Under the pieces are notes generated by a model. That model did no database searches and was not told the DNA's origin. It saw only the letters and a program-made list of their open reading frames with translations. 64,000 nt of DNA from Patescibacteria group bacterium (GTDB lineage Bacteria > Patescibacteriota > Patescibacteriia > JAXHNJ01). Below are positions 18,789-27,555 of this stretch, piece by piece (the stretch's first letter is position 1; each line of letters begins with the position of its first letter). The position numbers were made by a program, and so were the translations under genes. The stretch covers positions 11,057-75,056 of the forward strand of contig JAXHNJ010000003.1 of NCBI GenBank assembly GCA_034520665.1, in the 5' to 3' direction.

Positions 18789-18873
18789 GTTTTATTATAA
18801 ATCAATTAGACTAATAAAAAAAGCCCCGGACTATTAAATCCCAGAGCTCAAATAATTTAGCTCATAAAATAAA

Positions 18874-19143
18874 TCATAACTTTTTGGTCAGAACCGGGAG
18901 TCGGGGCCCCTGACCAGGCCTGATACCGGCTACAATTTTATTAAAAACTTTCTTATAATTAGTATAGCCAGCCCGCAGTATAAACTCAGCTTCACCGGGT
19001 CTGTGAAAACTAGAGATTTCCTGTTCAACCCGTCCATGCTCTTTTAGCCAGCCTCGAGCCAGGTTCAACCGGCCAAAAAGATTAACCAAGCCAATATATC
19101 TAGCCTTGTTATAACCAGGTTCAAGAGCAGCTTTTACTGCCAT
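18874..19143 (-). CDS. GC-rich 89-aa ORF of unknown function (an ncRNA is the alternative reading)
   Basis: The 270-nt segment is about 45% GC against about 33% around it. The ORF fills the segment exactly and the product is Gly/Arg/Ala/Leu-rich with no family match. Preceded by the perfect palindrome GCGGATAAATTATCCGC. Confidence 0.3.
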   Translation of the reverse strand: MAVKAALEPGYNKARYIGLVNLFGRLNLARGWLKEHGRVEQEISSFHRPGEAEFILRAGYTNYKKVFNKIVAGIRPGQGPRLPVLTKKL

Positions 19144-19186
19144 AAATCCCGGCTCCTCACATCGTCACTTTTCAGGTCATCTTTAT

Positions 19187-19203
19187 GCGGATAAATTATC
19201 CGC
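19187..19203. promoter_or_regulatory. 17-bp perfect palindrome GCGGATAAATTATCCGC (candidate operator)
   Basis: Dyad-symmetric, 44 nt upstream of the GC-rich ORF89 on its strand. Confidence 0.45.
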
Positions 19204-19266
19204 AGATCTCCGGCCTCATTTAGAGACTAAAAACTTAATATCTTAATGTCCAATATCTCGATATCT

Positions 19267-19310
19267 TAATATCTAATAACTCAACAACTTAATTAACTAA
19301 TCAACCAACC
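19267..19310 (+). repeat. octamer array copy C (overlaps murC stop)
   Basis: taatatctaataactcaacaacttaattaactaatcaaccaacc. Confidence 0.7.
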
Positions 19311-20655
19311 TTTCCCCGACTTTATAAATATCCCCGGCTCCAACAATAAATATAACGTCGCCTTTTTTAATAATTTTCTTAATCAGTTTTTCAGTATATT
19401 TTAAATTCTTAGCGTAATAAACCTGATCTTTTTTAGCCATCACTTCACGGACAATATCCTGCGAAGAAACACCTTGGTCTTTTTTCTTTTCCCGTCCCTT
19501 AACTTCAAATATTTCGGGCACAATCAAGACATCAACTTTTTTTAAAACACGGACAAAATCATTGAACAAATTTTTGGTGCGGTTATGCTGATGGGGCTGA
19601 AAAACAAAAACTAGTCTTTTTTGGGGATACTTTTGGCGGGCCGCCTTAATTAAATTTTCCACTTCAGTTGGATGATGAGCATAGTCAGAAACAACCGGTC
19701 CACCGGCAAACTGACCAATGATTTCAAACCTTCGCCAAGTGCCCTTAAAACTTTCTAATGATTTTTTAATTATTTTTTTGTCAATACCCAACTCGCTAGC
19801 CAGACTAAAAGCGGCTAAGGCGTTAAAAACATTATAAGTACCGGGCAACTTTAAACTTATTTTAGTATTTTCAATTTTAAAACTAGTTGTTTTTGTACTG
19901 GTTTTAATATTTTTAGCCTGGTAATCTCCTTTTTTCAAACCAAAACTAATTATATTACCTTTAAAATTATGAGCCACTTTTTTAACATTCTTATCATCAG
20001 TATTTATGACTAAGGTTCCAGATAAGGTCAGATTTTCAATATATTTTTTAAAAGTCCTGATAATATCCTCCATATTTTTGTAAGTGTCCAGGTGATCTTT
20101 TTCCAGATTATTCAAAACAATATAATCCGGATAATAATTAAGCATAGCCCGGGCGTATTCATCGGCTTCAATGACTACAAAATTTGACTGACCCAGCCGA
20201 GCGTTGCCTTCTAGCTCGGGTAAATATGAACCGACAATAAAAGTCGGGTCAAAACCAGCCTTTTTTAAAACCCGGGCCATCATAGCCGTAGTGGTTGTTT
20301 TGCCGTGAGTGCCAGAGACGCAAATAAGCTTTTTATCAGCCGTAAACTGGCCTAAAGCCTGAGGATAGGATAACTCTTCTATATTATTTTTTTCAGCTTT
20401 ATTTCTCTCAATATTATCAACCGGTATAGCTTCGGAAAAGACTAATAAATCAGTATCTTTGGCTAAATTTCGGCCTTTATGAGCACCAATCTTTATCTTG
20501 GCTCCGGCCTTTTTAAGTCCTTTAGTTACTATTGATTCCGTCAGATCGGATCCGGAAACCTCTTTACCCATATCCAAACATATTCTAGCCAAACCAGAAA
20601 TACCAATACCAGAGATTCCAACAAAATGAATTTTTTTTGCCTTAGTTATATTCAT
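19297..20655 (-). CDS. murC: UDP-N-acetylmuramate--L-alanine ligase
   Basis: 452 aa. IHFVGISGIGISGLA N-terminus, Mur ligase GTHGKTTTT P-loop. Confidence 0.92.
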   Translation of the reverse strand: MNITKAKKIHFVGISGIGISGLARICLDMGKEVSGSDLTESIVTKGLKKAGAKIKIGAHKGRNLAKDTDLLVFSEAIPVDNIERNKAEKNNIEELSYPQALGQFTADKKLICVSGTHGKTTTTAMMARVLKKAGFDPTFIVGSYLPELEGNARLGQSNFVVIEADEYARAMLNYYPDYIVLNNLEKDHLDTYKNMEDIIRTFKKYIENLTLSGTLVINTDDKNVKKVAHNFKGNIISFGLKKGDYQAKNIKTSTKTTSFKIENTKISLKLPGTYNVFNALAAFSLASELGIDKKIIKKSLESFKGTWRRFEIIGQFAGGPVVSDYAHHPTEVENLIKAARQKYPQKRLVFVFQPHQHNRTKNLFNDFVRVLKKVDVLIVPEIFEVKGREKKKDQGVSSQDIVREVMAKKDQVYYAKNLKYTEKLIKKIIKKGDVIFIVGAGDIYKVGERLVD

Positions 20656-20659
20656 TATA

Positions 20660-21754
20660 TTAAAAATTATTATTAATCACTGCCAGTATAAGATCAGCTA
20701 CTTTAGAAGAAGCCTTGACTTGATAAAAACTTTTTATATTTTGGCTTAACTCGTTCAGTTTTCTTTTATGGGTTAAAAGCCCTTTAATACTACTTAAAAG
20801 AAGTTTTGGATTGAGCAAATTTTCACGGATCACAAAAACAGCATTTTCCTTCTCATAAAAGCGGGCGTTTTCTTCCTGGTGCGAATTAAATATAGGAATA
20901 ATAATGGCTGGTTTACCTAAAGCTGACAATTCGGACAAGGCACAAAGTCCAGCCCGCGAAACGACTAGATCGGCCGCCGCCAAAGCGTGATTCATATTAC
21001 TGGTTAAAAATTCAAATGATTTATAATTTTCATGATTGATACCAGCATCTTTTTTACCTTGGCCGGTTAGATGAATTATTTGAAAATTTTTCACCAGCTG
21101 GCCAGCAATCTTATTTATTACTTTATTTATCTTTAAAGCTCCGGTACCGCCACCTAAGACCAGAAGGATGGGTAAATCTTTTTTCAAACAGAAAATTTCA
21201 CAGGCCTTTTTTTTAGTGCCGCTCAAGATATCTTTTCTAATGGGATTGCCCGTTAAAACCGTTTTTGGCCGGGGAAATTCCAGCAGTGATTTTTTAAAAG
21301 TTACCGTGATTTTATCCGCTTTTTTTTCGGTTAATTTATTAGCCAGGCCTTTTCGAATGTCCTGCTGGTGAATTATAACTGGTATATTATACTTTTTAGC
21401 GGCCCAGATCACCGGCACCGCTACGTAGCCCCCGGCTGAAAAAACTATATCTGGCTGTGTTATTTTAAGAATATCCCGAGCCTGTTTATAGCCTTTTAAA
21501 ATATTAACCGGGTCAGTTAAATTTTTTATTGATAAATATCGACGTAATTTGCCGGCTGGAATATTTTTAAAAGAAATATTATAAAAAGAGGTAATCTTTT
21601 TTTCCGGTCCTTTTTTGGTACCAATAAAAAGAAAGTCTGTGTCAACTTTTCTTTGTTTTAACTCCTGGTAAACAGCCACCAAAGGCATAACTGAACCGGC
21701 CGTACCACCACCAGTTAGAATTATTTTAATTTCTTTTTTCTTTTCTTTTTTCAT
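20660..21754 (-). CDS. murG: undecaprenyldiphospho-muramoylpentapeptide beta-N-acetylglucosaminyltransferase
   Basis: 364 aa. ILTGGGTAGSVMPLVAV N-terminus and a GT28 C-terminal domain (LVLGGGTGA). Confidence 0.92.
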   Translation of the reverse strand: MKKEKKKEIKIILTGGGTAGSVMPLVAVYQELKQRKVDTDFLFIGTKKGPEKKITSFYNISFKNIPAGKLRRYLSIKNLTDPVNILKGYKQARDILKITQPDIVFSAGGYVAVPVIWAAKKYNIPVIIHQQDIRKGLANKLTEKKADKITVTFKKSLLEFPRPKTVLTGNPIRKDILSGTKKKACEIFCLKKDLPILLVLGGGTGALKINKVINKIAGQLVKNFQIIHLTGQGKKDAGINHENYKSFEFLTSNMNHALAAADLVVSRAGLCALSELSALGKPAIIIPIFNSHQEENARFYEKENAVFVIRENLLNPKLLLSSIKGLLTHKRKLNELSQNIKSFYQVKASSKVADLILAVINNNF

Positions 21755-21787
21755 TGTCTAAAAGTTTATAATTCTAAGTTTATAAAA

Positions 21788-22909
21788 TCATGTCCAAAAA
21801 CTCCTACTTTCTTGACTATACTTAGATATATTAACAAGTATACCAATAGCCGCCAAGCTAACTACCAGCGAAGAGCCACCCTGGCTGATAAAAGGCAAAG
21901 GGATGCCGGTTAAAGGCAGAATGCCAGTCATGGCTCCAATATTTATCATGGCTTGAAATGTAAACCAGGCCGTGATGCCAGCAGCTAAAATTTTAGCAAA
22001 ATTATTGGGCGCCCCTTTAGCAATTTTAAAACCACGAAACATAAAAATTAAAAATAAACCAATTAATATAACCACAAAAATAAAACCAAGCTCTTCGGCA
22101 ATAACCGCAAAAATAGAGTCCGAAGAAGCCTGAGGTAAATAATTAAACTTTTGCCTAGAGTGACCCAGACCCAAGCCTAAAAGACCGCCCGAACCAATAG
22201 CTAAAAGTGCTTGATTTATATGGTAACCAATACCCTGAGGATCTAATTCCGGATTTAAAAAAACAGTAAAGCGTTGCAAACGATACGGAGCCACTCTAAT
22301 CAGTAAGGCTAATAGGCCGCCGGCTCCCAAGCCAATTAAAGTTAAATGCAAAAAAGGAGCCCCGGCCACTACATAACAGCTTAAAGCTATAATACCGATA
22401 ACGGTCATGGTACCCAAATCAGGCTGAGACATAATTAAAGTAGTCATAATAGCCAGAATTATAATAAAAGGCCAAAAACCGGCTGAGAAATCCTTTATTT
22501 TGTCCCCTCTTTTGTCCAGCCAAGTAGCTAAATAGATTAAGAATGTTAGTTTAGCAATTTCCGAGGGCTGAAAAAATATAGGGCCAATCTTAATCCAACG
22601 ATTAGCTCCCAATAAACCAGCACCCATTCCGGGAATAAAAACACTAATTAATAAAACTAATGTGACAATAATTATTGGAAAGGCAAATTTTTGCCAGACT
22701 GAATAATGGGTACGAGACATTATGACAAAAAAGAAAATACCAATAACAAAAGCCACTAGTTGATTTTTGACAAAATGATTAGGGTCACCAAATTTTTGAA
22801 AACCCTCAACTGAACTGGCTGAAGAAAGCATAACCAAGCCAAAAATAACAATAATAGCTATAATAGCTATCAAAAAATAATCCTGTTCTTTCTCTAATCT
22901 TCGGCTCAT
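21788..22909 (-). CDS. ftsW: SEDS-family peptidoglycan glycosyltransferase (FtsW/RodA)
   Basis: 373 aa, ten TM helices; position between murD and murG as in dcw clusters. Confidence 0.88.
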   Translation of the reverse strand: MSRRLEKEQDYFLIAIIAIIVIFGLVMLSSASSVEGFQKFGDPNHFVKNQLVAFVIGIFFFVIMSRTHYSVWQKFAFPIIIVTLVLLISVFIPGMGAGLLGANRWIKIGPIFFQPSEIAKLTFLIYLATWLDKRGDKIKDFSAGFWPFIIILAIMTTLIMSQPDLGTMTVIGIIALSCYVVAGAPFLHLTLIGLGAGGLLALLIRVAPYRLQRFTVFLNPELDPQGIGYHINQALLAIGSGGLLGLGLGHSRQKFNYLPQASSDSIFAVIAEELGFIFVVILIGLFLIFMFRGFKIAKGAPNNFAKILAAGITAWFTFQAMINIGAMTGILPLTGIPLPFISQGGSSLVVSLAAIGILVNISKYSQESRSFWT

Positions 22910-22912
22910 AGA

Positions 22913-24301
22913 TTAAATATTTTTGTAGACTGTCTTAAATCGGTCTCCCCGGTCAAATTCATGTTTAAATAAACCAAAGCTAGCCGCACCTGGTGAAAGC
23001 AAGATTATATCTCCTTCCTCGGCCTCTTTTAAAGCCAGCAAAATGGCTTTTTTCATGTTTTTTATATTATCAAGACATCTAGTTTTTTTTATGGTCTTTT
23101 CTATTTTATCACTGGCTTTTCCTTTAAATAAAATACTGAGTTTACAGTATTTATCAATATATTTTCCCATTAAATAATAATCAAGGTTTTTATCAGCCCC
23201 GCCGGCCAGTAATATAATATTTTTATGATCAGTATTGCCTAATGTTTTTAAAGCTGAAATAGCGGCCTGAGGTACAGTAGCTGTGGTATCATTATAAAAT
23301 TTTATTTCTTTTTTTTGTCCTAAAAACTCCAAGCGGTCTGGCAGACCTTTAAATTTTTTAATCACTTTTTCTATTTTTTTATTGGGTATTTTTAAAATTT
23401 TACCTAAACAGCTAGCAGCTAAAAAATATTCCAGATTATGTTCAGGCTTAATTTCCATATTTTCAATAGAAAAAATTTTTTCTTTTTTTGAACGGTTTAT
23501 AAAATAAATATTCTCATCAATAATAGTGGTTCCGTGCTTAACAATTTTTTTTGAAGAAAAATAACATAATTGACTAGGGGTTTTTTTTGTCATCTGTCGT
23601 GTGTAGGTATTATCTGCATTGACTATGGCCCAGTCATTTTTGTTTTGAAATTTTAAGATCAAATTTTTAGCCTTAACATAATCATCCATGGAGTCATAAC
23701 GGTTTAAATGTTCTGGCATAATATTAGTAATCAGGGCCATATGAGGGGATTTTTTTAAATGAGACATACCCTCTAAATGCCAAGAAGAAAGTTCTAAAAC
23801 TACTTTTGTCGTTTTTTTTATTCCTGCCAAAACATCTAGCATTAAATAGTCCCGGATATTTCCGGCTATGACCGTATCCTGGTAATGACTTTTGACTAAT
23901 TTATAGATAAGATAAGAAAGAGTGCTTTTGCCTTTAGAGCCGGTAACCCCAATAATGGGAGCCGGGCAGAGTCGAAAAAAAAGACTGGCTTCGTTTTCAA
24001 GAGGAATATTATTTGTTTTAGCCAGTTTTATATATTTTGAATTACTAGGCACACTGGGATTTCGTATTATTAAATCTGCTTTTTTAAAATCTTTTTCCCG
24101 GTGTCCCCCTAAAACATATTCAATTTCTCCATTATTAATTTTATCTAGCGATACTTTAAGCTCTGCTTTGGTTTTTAAATCAGTCACTAAAACTTTAGCT
24201 TTTTGCTTTAAAAGCCAGTTAACTACTGAGACTCCCCCGCCGTGCAAGCCTAAACCCATAACCAGAACTTTTTTATTTTTCAGATTATTAAAATCAATCA
24301 T
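22913..24301 (-). CDS. murD: UDP-N-acetylmuramoylalanine--D-glutamate ligase
   Basis: 462 aa. VLVMGLGLHGGGVSVVNWL Rossmann N-terminus, GITGSKGKST P-loop, Mur ligase C-terminus. Confidence 0.9.
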   Translation of the reverse strand: MIDFNNLKNKKVLVMGLGLHGGGVSVVNWLLKQKAKVLVTDLKTKAELKVSLDKINNGEIEYVLGGHREKDFKKADLIIRNPSVPSNSKYIKLAKTNNIPLENEASLFFRLCPAPIIGVTGSKGKSTLSYLIYKLVKSHYQDTVIAGNIRDYLMLDVLAGIKKTTKVVLELSSWHLEGMSHLKKSPHMALITNIMPEHLNRYDSMDDYVKAKNLILKFQNKNDWAIVNADNTYTRQMTKKTPSQLCYFSSKKIVKHGTTIIDENIYFINRSKKEKIFSIENMEIKPEHNLEYFLAASCLGKILKIPNKKIEKVIKKFKGLPDRLEFLGQKKEIKFYNDTTATVPQAAISALKTLGNTDHKNIILLAGGADKNLDYYLMGKYIDKYCKLSILFKGKASDKIEKTIKKTRCLDNIKNMKKAILLALKEAEEGDIILLSPGAASFGLFKHEFDRGDRFKTVYKNI

Positions 24302-24420
24302 CTTAAGTACATTATAAATAAAATACCGTTTTTTTTCAACTTATATCATTTATTGAAGACAACAATAAGGTAAAGCAGACTAAGTGTTCTACCTTGCTTT
24401 TCTGTTATAAAAAATTATTT

Positions 24421-25176
24421 TTATTTTTCTTCTCTCCCTCTCGCCTTAAAATAAGCGCAATAATCACAATCTGGATCAGCGGCTGGAATATTATCACTAT
24501 TTAAACACTGATAAATATTTTTAATAGTTTTATCGACCCATTTGTCCGATCCCTGATAAGGTATCAAATTAACCCGAAACTCTAACTTTTTATCAAAAGC
24601 TTTTTTATCAGCTATACCATTACAGTAAACAAAATAACCGGTGTTAGAAACTTTATAACCGTTTTTTCGTAAAAGCCATTGGTAAACTTCCATTTGCCTT
24701 TTATAACTGTCATGCCAATCTTTATTTAATTCAGTGATTTCATCTTTTTTAGCGGTGGCTTTATAATCCACTACTATATATTCCTTTTGTGGATTTATCC
24801 AAAGATCATCAATGGCCCCAAATATAACCAAATTAGTTTCCTGGTCATGATACTGCACACCCGTAAAATTATGACGGTATTTATCTAATTTATCGTCTTC
24901 TACTGGTCTGGCTTTAATTCCGTATTCTTTTTGCAGAGGATGCTGAGTGCCTTTAACCCGATGAATATCAAATTCTTGTTTTAAAAGCCTATCCACAGCC
25001 GCGTTTAAAGCAAAAGGATAGCCTGGGGGTCGGCCTACCCCCAAAACTCGGTCCAGATAAAAACACTTCGGACATTCCATAAATAAATCAATTTTAGAGC
25101 GAGATAACTTAAAGGGTTTTTTCATATCCGGTTTATAAAGATTGCTTTTTCTCTTAGGATTGTAATATTTTGACAT
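24421..25176 (-). CDS. PD-(D/E)XK nuclease, Cas4/RecB-like with Cys clusters
   Basis: 251 aa. Motif II IDDLW, motif III VVDYKAT (D-x-K), QMEVYQWLL (Q..Y). N-terminal CPKCF and C-terminal CDYCAY Cys pairs as in Fe-S nucleases. No cas genes nearby. Confidence 0.6.
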   Translation of the reverse strand: MSKYYNPKRKSNLYKPDMKKPFKLSRSKIDLFMECPKCFYLDRVLGVGRPPGYPFALNAAVDRLLKQEFDIHRVKGTQHPLQKEYGIKARPVEDDKLDKYRHNFTGVQYHDQETNLVIFGAIDDLWINPQKEYIVVDYKATAKKDEITELNKDWHDSYKRQMEVYQWLLRKNGYKVSNTGYFVYCNGIADKKAFDKKLEFRVNLIPYQGSDKWVDKTIKNIYQCLNSDNIPAADPDCDYCAYFKARGREEK

Positions 25177-25511
25177 GGTTATATTATATATTATTTATAC
25201 TAAATAATAAAGTAATTTATTTATTTAATAAAATTTGATTAAAAAAAAGACCCCGTCAATGTGATCTTGTCTAGATTAGAAATTAATGTTATTCAACAAG
25301 GAATTTATCCCAAAACATCTTTGAAACGAGAAATTATTTTTGTATAAATAAAAATTGAATGGACAAATTTTCTGAAGGCTAGTTAGGGCACTCTATTTTA
25401 AAACATCTAGCCGAATTATGAATGGTCGAAAACCCGGAGGCAAGGATTCTATTTTTGATATTAGGCGGGATAAAGAATAAACCGCTAAACAAATTATTAA
25501 ACTTCTCAAAT

Positions 25512-25688
25512 CCGAGAAGCGCGGATCTCCTGATCCGCGTCACCTTATTCGGTTGGATCAGGAGATCCAACCTTCTCGAGCAAAAATAGATTATTAAATC
25601 TCTAATTCACCGAGAAGCTCTGGCCCCCAGGCCTTGAGCTTAGTAAATATATTGCCAGAACCGGTCTGGGGACCAGTTCTTTTCGCGA
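25512..25688 (+). pseudogene. about 177-nt repeat: two hairpins (cgcggatc/gatccgcg; ggttggatc/gatccaacc) followed by a roughly 100-nt sense fragment of the RAYT gene
   Basis: Identical to 42477-42653. The 3' 100 nt align with the reverse complement of 51604-51700 (the RAYT ORF region encoding KQIIKSLNHREALAPRPELSKYIARTGLGTGSS); homology decays by about 25735. Confidence 0.7.
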
Positions 25689-25738
25689 TAAAATAATAGA
25701 GTCTTTTAAAAAAGTTTTAAAAAAAACCGAAGATGAAT

Positions 25739-25763
25739 CTGGAGATAAATCTCCAGCTACGCG
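25739..25763 (+). repeat. REP-like palindrome, family 1 (CTGGAGATAAATCTCCAG + CTACGCG)
   Basis: Perfect 8-bp arms ctggagat/atctccag followed by ctacgcg (GTAG on the other strand). Identical copies at 41561-41585 and 41654-41678. Confidence 0.8.
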
Positions 25764-25833
25764 GAATGAGGATGGATTGAAAACCAAAGATAAATCAACA
25801 GCGGTTCAAAAAGAAGAAAAACCTTCTACTCAA

Positions 25834-25899
25834 CGCGTAGGCAAAAGATTTATCTCCGCCTTTAAATAAAATCGCCTAGGCGGGAATCCCTATTCCCGC
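25834..25899 (-). repeat. composite repeat, family 3 (degenerate REP cgcgtaggcaaaagatttatctccgcc plus cgcctaggcg and gggaat/attccc hairpins)
   Basis: Near-identical 66-nt unit at 42282-42347. Confidence 0.7.
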
Positions 25900-26046
25900 A
25901 ATACATTAACAATAATCATAACCTTAAAAAGAATATATTTAGCCAATCAATATTATTTTATAATCAAATTTTTACGACAAAAGCCTAGATGTTATTCGCT
26001 TCCTCAAAGATAAACCCACCTCTCAAAAAGAAGCGATCACTAAACA

Positions 26047-26078
26047 CCTTAATCACTCAGTAACTCAATCAACTCCCC
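26047..26078 (+). repeat. octamer array copy D (overlaps mraY stop)
   Basis: ccttaatcactcagtaactcaatcaactcccc; the first 20 nt are nearly identical to copy A. Confidence 0.65.
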
Positions 26079-27118
26079 TTATCCATCAAAAATAAAATTA
26101 CTCCGATAACGGCCATAACCGCGGCGACAATCCAAAAGCGCATCACTATTTTAGCTTCTGGCCAGCCAATCGCTTCAAGATGGTGATGAAGTGGAGCCGA
26201 TAAAAAAACTTTTCGCTTTCTTATTTTTTTGGAACAAACCTGGATAATGACCGAGCCAGACTCAATAACCAGAGGAAAGAGTATAATCGGCAAAAGTAAG
26301 GAGTAGTTAGTAAGCATGGCCACAATACCCAAGGTTATGCCCAGAGACATAGCTCCGGTATCACCCATAAAAAATCTGGCCGGTGGAATATTAAACCATA
26401 AAAAGGCAAATAATGAACCGGCAATAACCCCGCAAAAAGCCGCCAGGTCTGGTCTTCCCTGGACCAAAGCAATAGAGCCATAAGCCACAAAACCCACCAA
26501 TAAAATACCCCCGGCTAATCCATCCAAACCATCGGCTTCATTAGTAGAAAAAGCGGTAGCTACAATTATAAAAATAAAAATAGGCACATACCAAAGCCCA
26601 ATATCAAAATTGCCGATAAAAGGAACATGTATTGTAGTCCAGTCCAGTTTAAAGTAAAACCACATAGCCCCGACTAAAGCGATTAAAGTGTAAATTATCA
26701 AGCGCTGCCAAACCTTTAACCCACCACCGCCATTAGTACTTTTTACATCATAAATATCATCAACAAAGCCGACCACGGCGGCCGCTACCAGGACTCCCAA
26801 AGGTAACAGGGTTTCGGCCCTGGACAAAAAATTTAATTTATCTAAAAACTCGATATCAGTGATTTGAGAAATAAAATAAATAGCATAAATAAGAAAAAGC
26901 AAAGTTACCCAGATTAAAAGCCCGCCCATGGTCGGAGTGCCGCTTTTTTTCTGGTGCAAAGAAGAATAAACCGGGGTTTCTTTTTCGTTTCTAATTCTTT
27001 TGCCTAACTTATACTTGTATAAAAAATGAGTTAAAAGCGGGGTCCAGATAATAGTTATAATAAAAGAAATAGTGGTCAGAATAAATATTTTTATGGTTTC
27101 AAAATTGGTTTCAAACAT
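26069..27118 (-). CDS. mraY: phospho-N-acetylmuramoyl-pentapeptide transferase
   Basis: 349 aa. PTMGGLLIW and DD..D motifs, ten TM helices. Confidence 0.93.
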   Translation of the reverse strand: MFETNFETIKIFILTTISFIITIIWTPLLTHFLYKYKLGKRIRNEKETPVYSSLHQKKSGTPTMGGLLIWVTLLFLIYAIYFISQITDIEFLDKLNFLSRAETLLPLGVLVAAAVVGFVDDIYDVKSTNGGGGLKVWQRLIIYTLIALVGAMWFYFKLDWTTIHVPFIGNFDIGLWYVPIFIFIIVATAFSTNEADGLDGLAGGILLVGFVAYGSIALVQGRPDLAAFCGVIAGSLFAFLWFNIPPARFFMGDTGAMSLGITLGIVAMLTNYSLLLPIILFPLVIESGSVIIQVCSKKIRKRKVFLSAPLHHHLEAIGWPEAKIVMRFWIVAAVMAVIGVILFLMDKGS

Positions 27119-27132
27119 TATTTAATTTAATA

Positions 27133-27555
27133 TTATAGATTTTGAAATATAATAAATAAACTAGCTAGCCCTAAAAAAATTTGGATAACACTAGAAGAAA
27201 ATATTAAAATATAACTTAATATTTTTTCCTTGTGATAAATTATAATAGAAAAGAAAAAATTTATAAAGAAAATAATAAAACCAAATAATGGTAAAGCAAA
27301 AATTTTATACCAATCTCCAATTAGGTCGATGCCAAAATAAATGTTATAATGAAGAATAACCGGCTCTTGAGTGGGTTGAAACTGCATATAAAGTAAGAGC
27401 CAAACTACTAAATTTAAAATTAGTGAAATTATAAAATTAATAAGAAATATTTTGTTGGCAAACAAAACTCCTAATTCGGCCTCACCCCAAAAATCTCGGT
27501 TGAATACTTTCTTAAAAAAATATGAAAAGCTCTTGGTAATTTTATTCTTGAGCAT
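27133..27555 (-). CDS. small membrane protein
   Basis: 140 aa, four TM helices. Its 5' end overlaps the divergent GT-C gene by 104 nt, so the true start may be the internal Met. Confidence 0.3.
   Translation of the reverse strand: MLKNKITKSFSYFFKKVFNRDFWGEAELGVLFANKIFLINFIISLILNLVVWLLLYMQFQPTQEPVILHYNIYFGIDLIGDWYKIFALPLFGFIIFFINFFFSIIIYHKEKILSYILIFSSSVIQIFLGLASLFIIFQNL

Noticed and set aside
18850-19250. RNase P RNA, tmRNA or SRP RNA in the GC-rich insert between murC and murB
   Set aside because: No match to P4 (AGGAAAGUCCGGGCUCC / ACAGAACCCGGCUUA) beyond a weak 7-bp complementarity. No tmRNA tag ORF or tRNA-like 3' end, and no SRP domain-IV GNRA hairpin. Left as an ORF-or-ncRNA ambiguity.
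25379-25787. ORFs 25379-25570 and 25602-25787 as genes
   Set aside because: They are translations of the hairpin plus RAYT-fragment repeat (identical DNA at 42477-42653), hence artefacts of repeat sequence.
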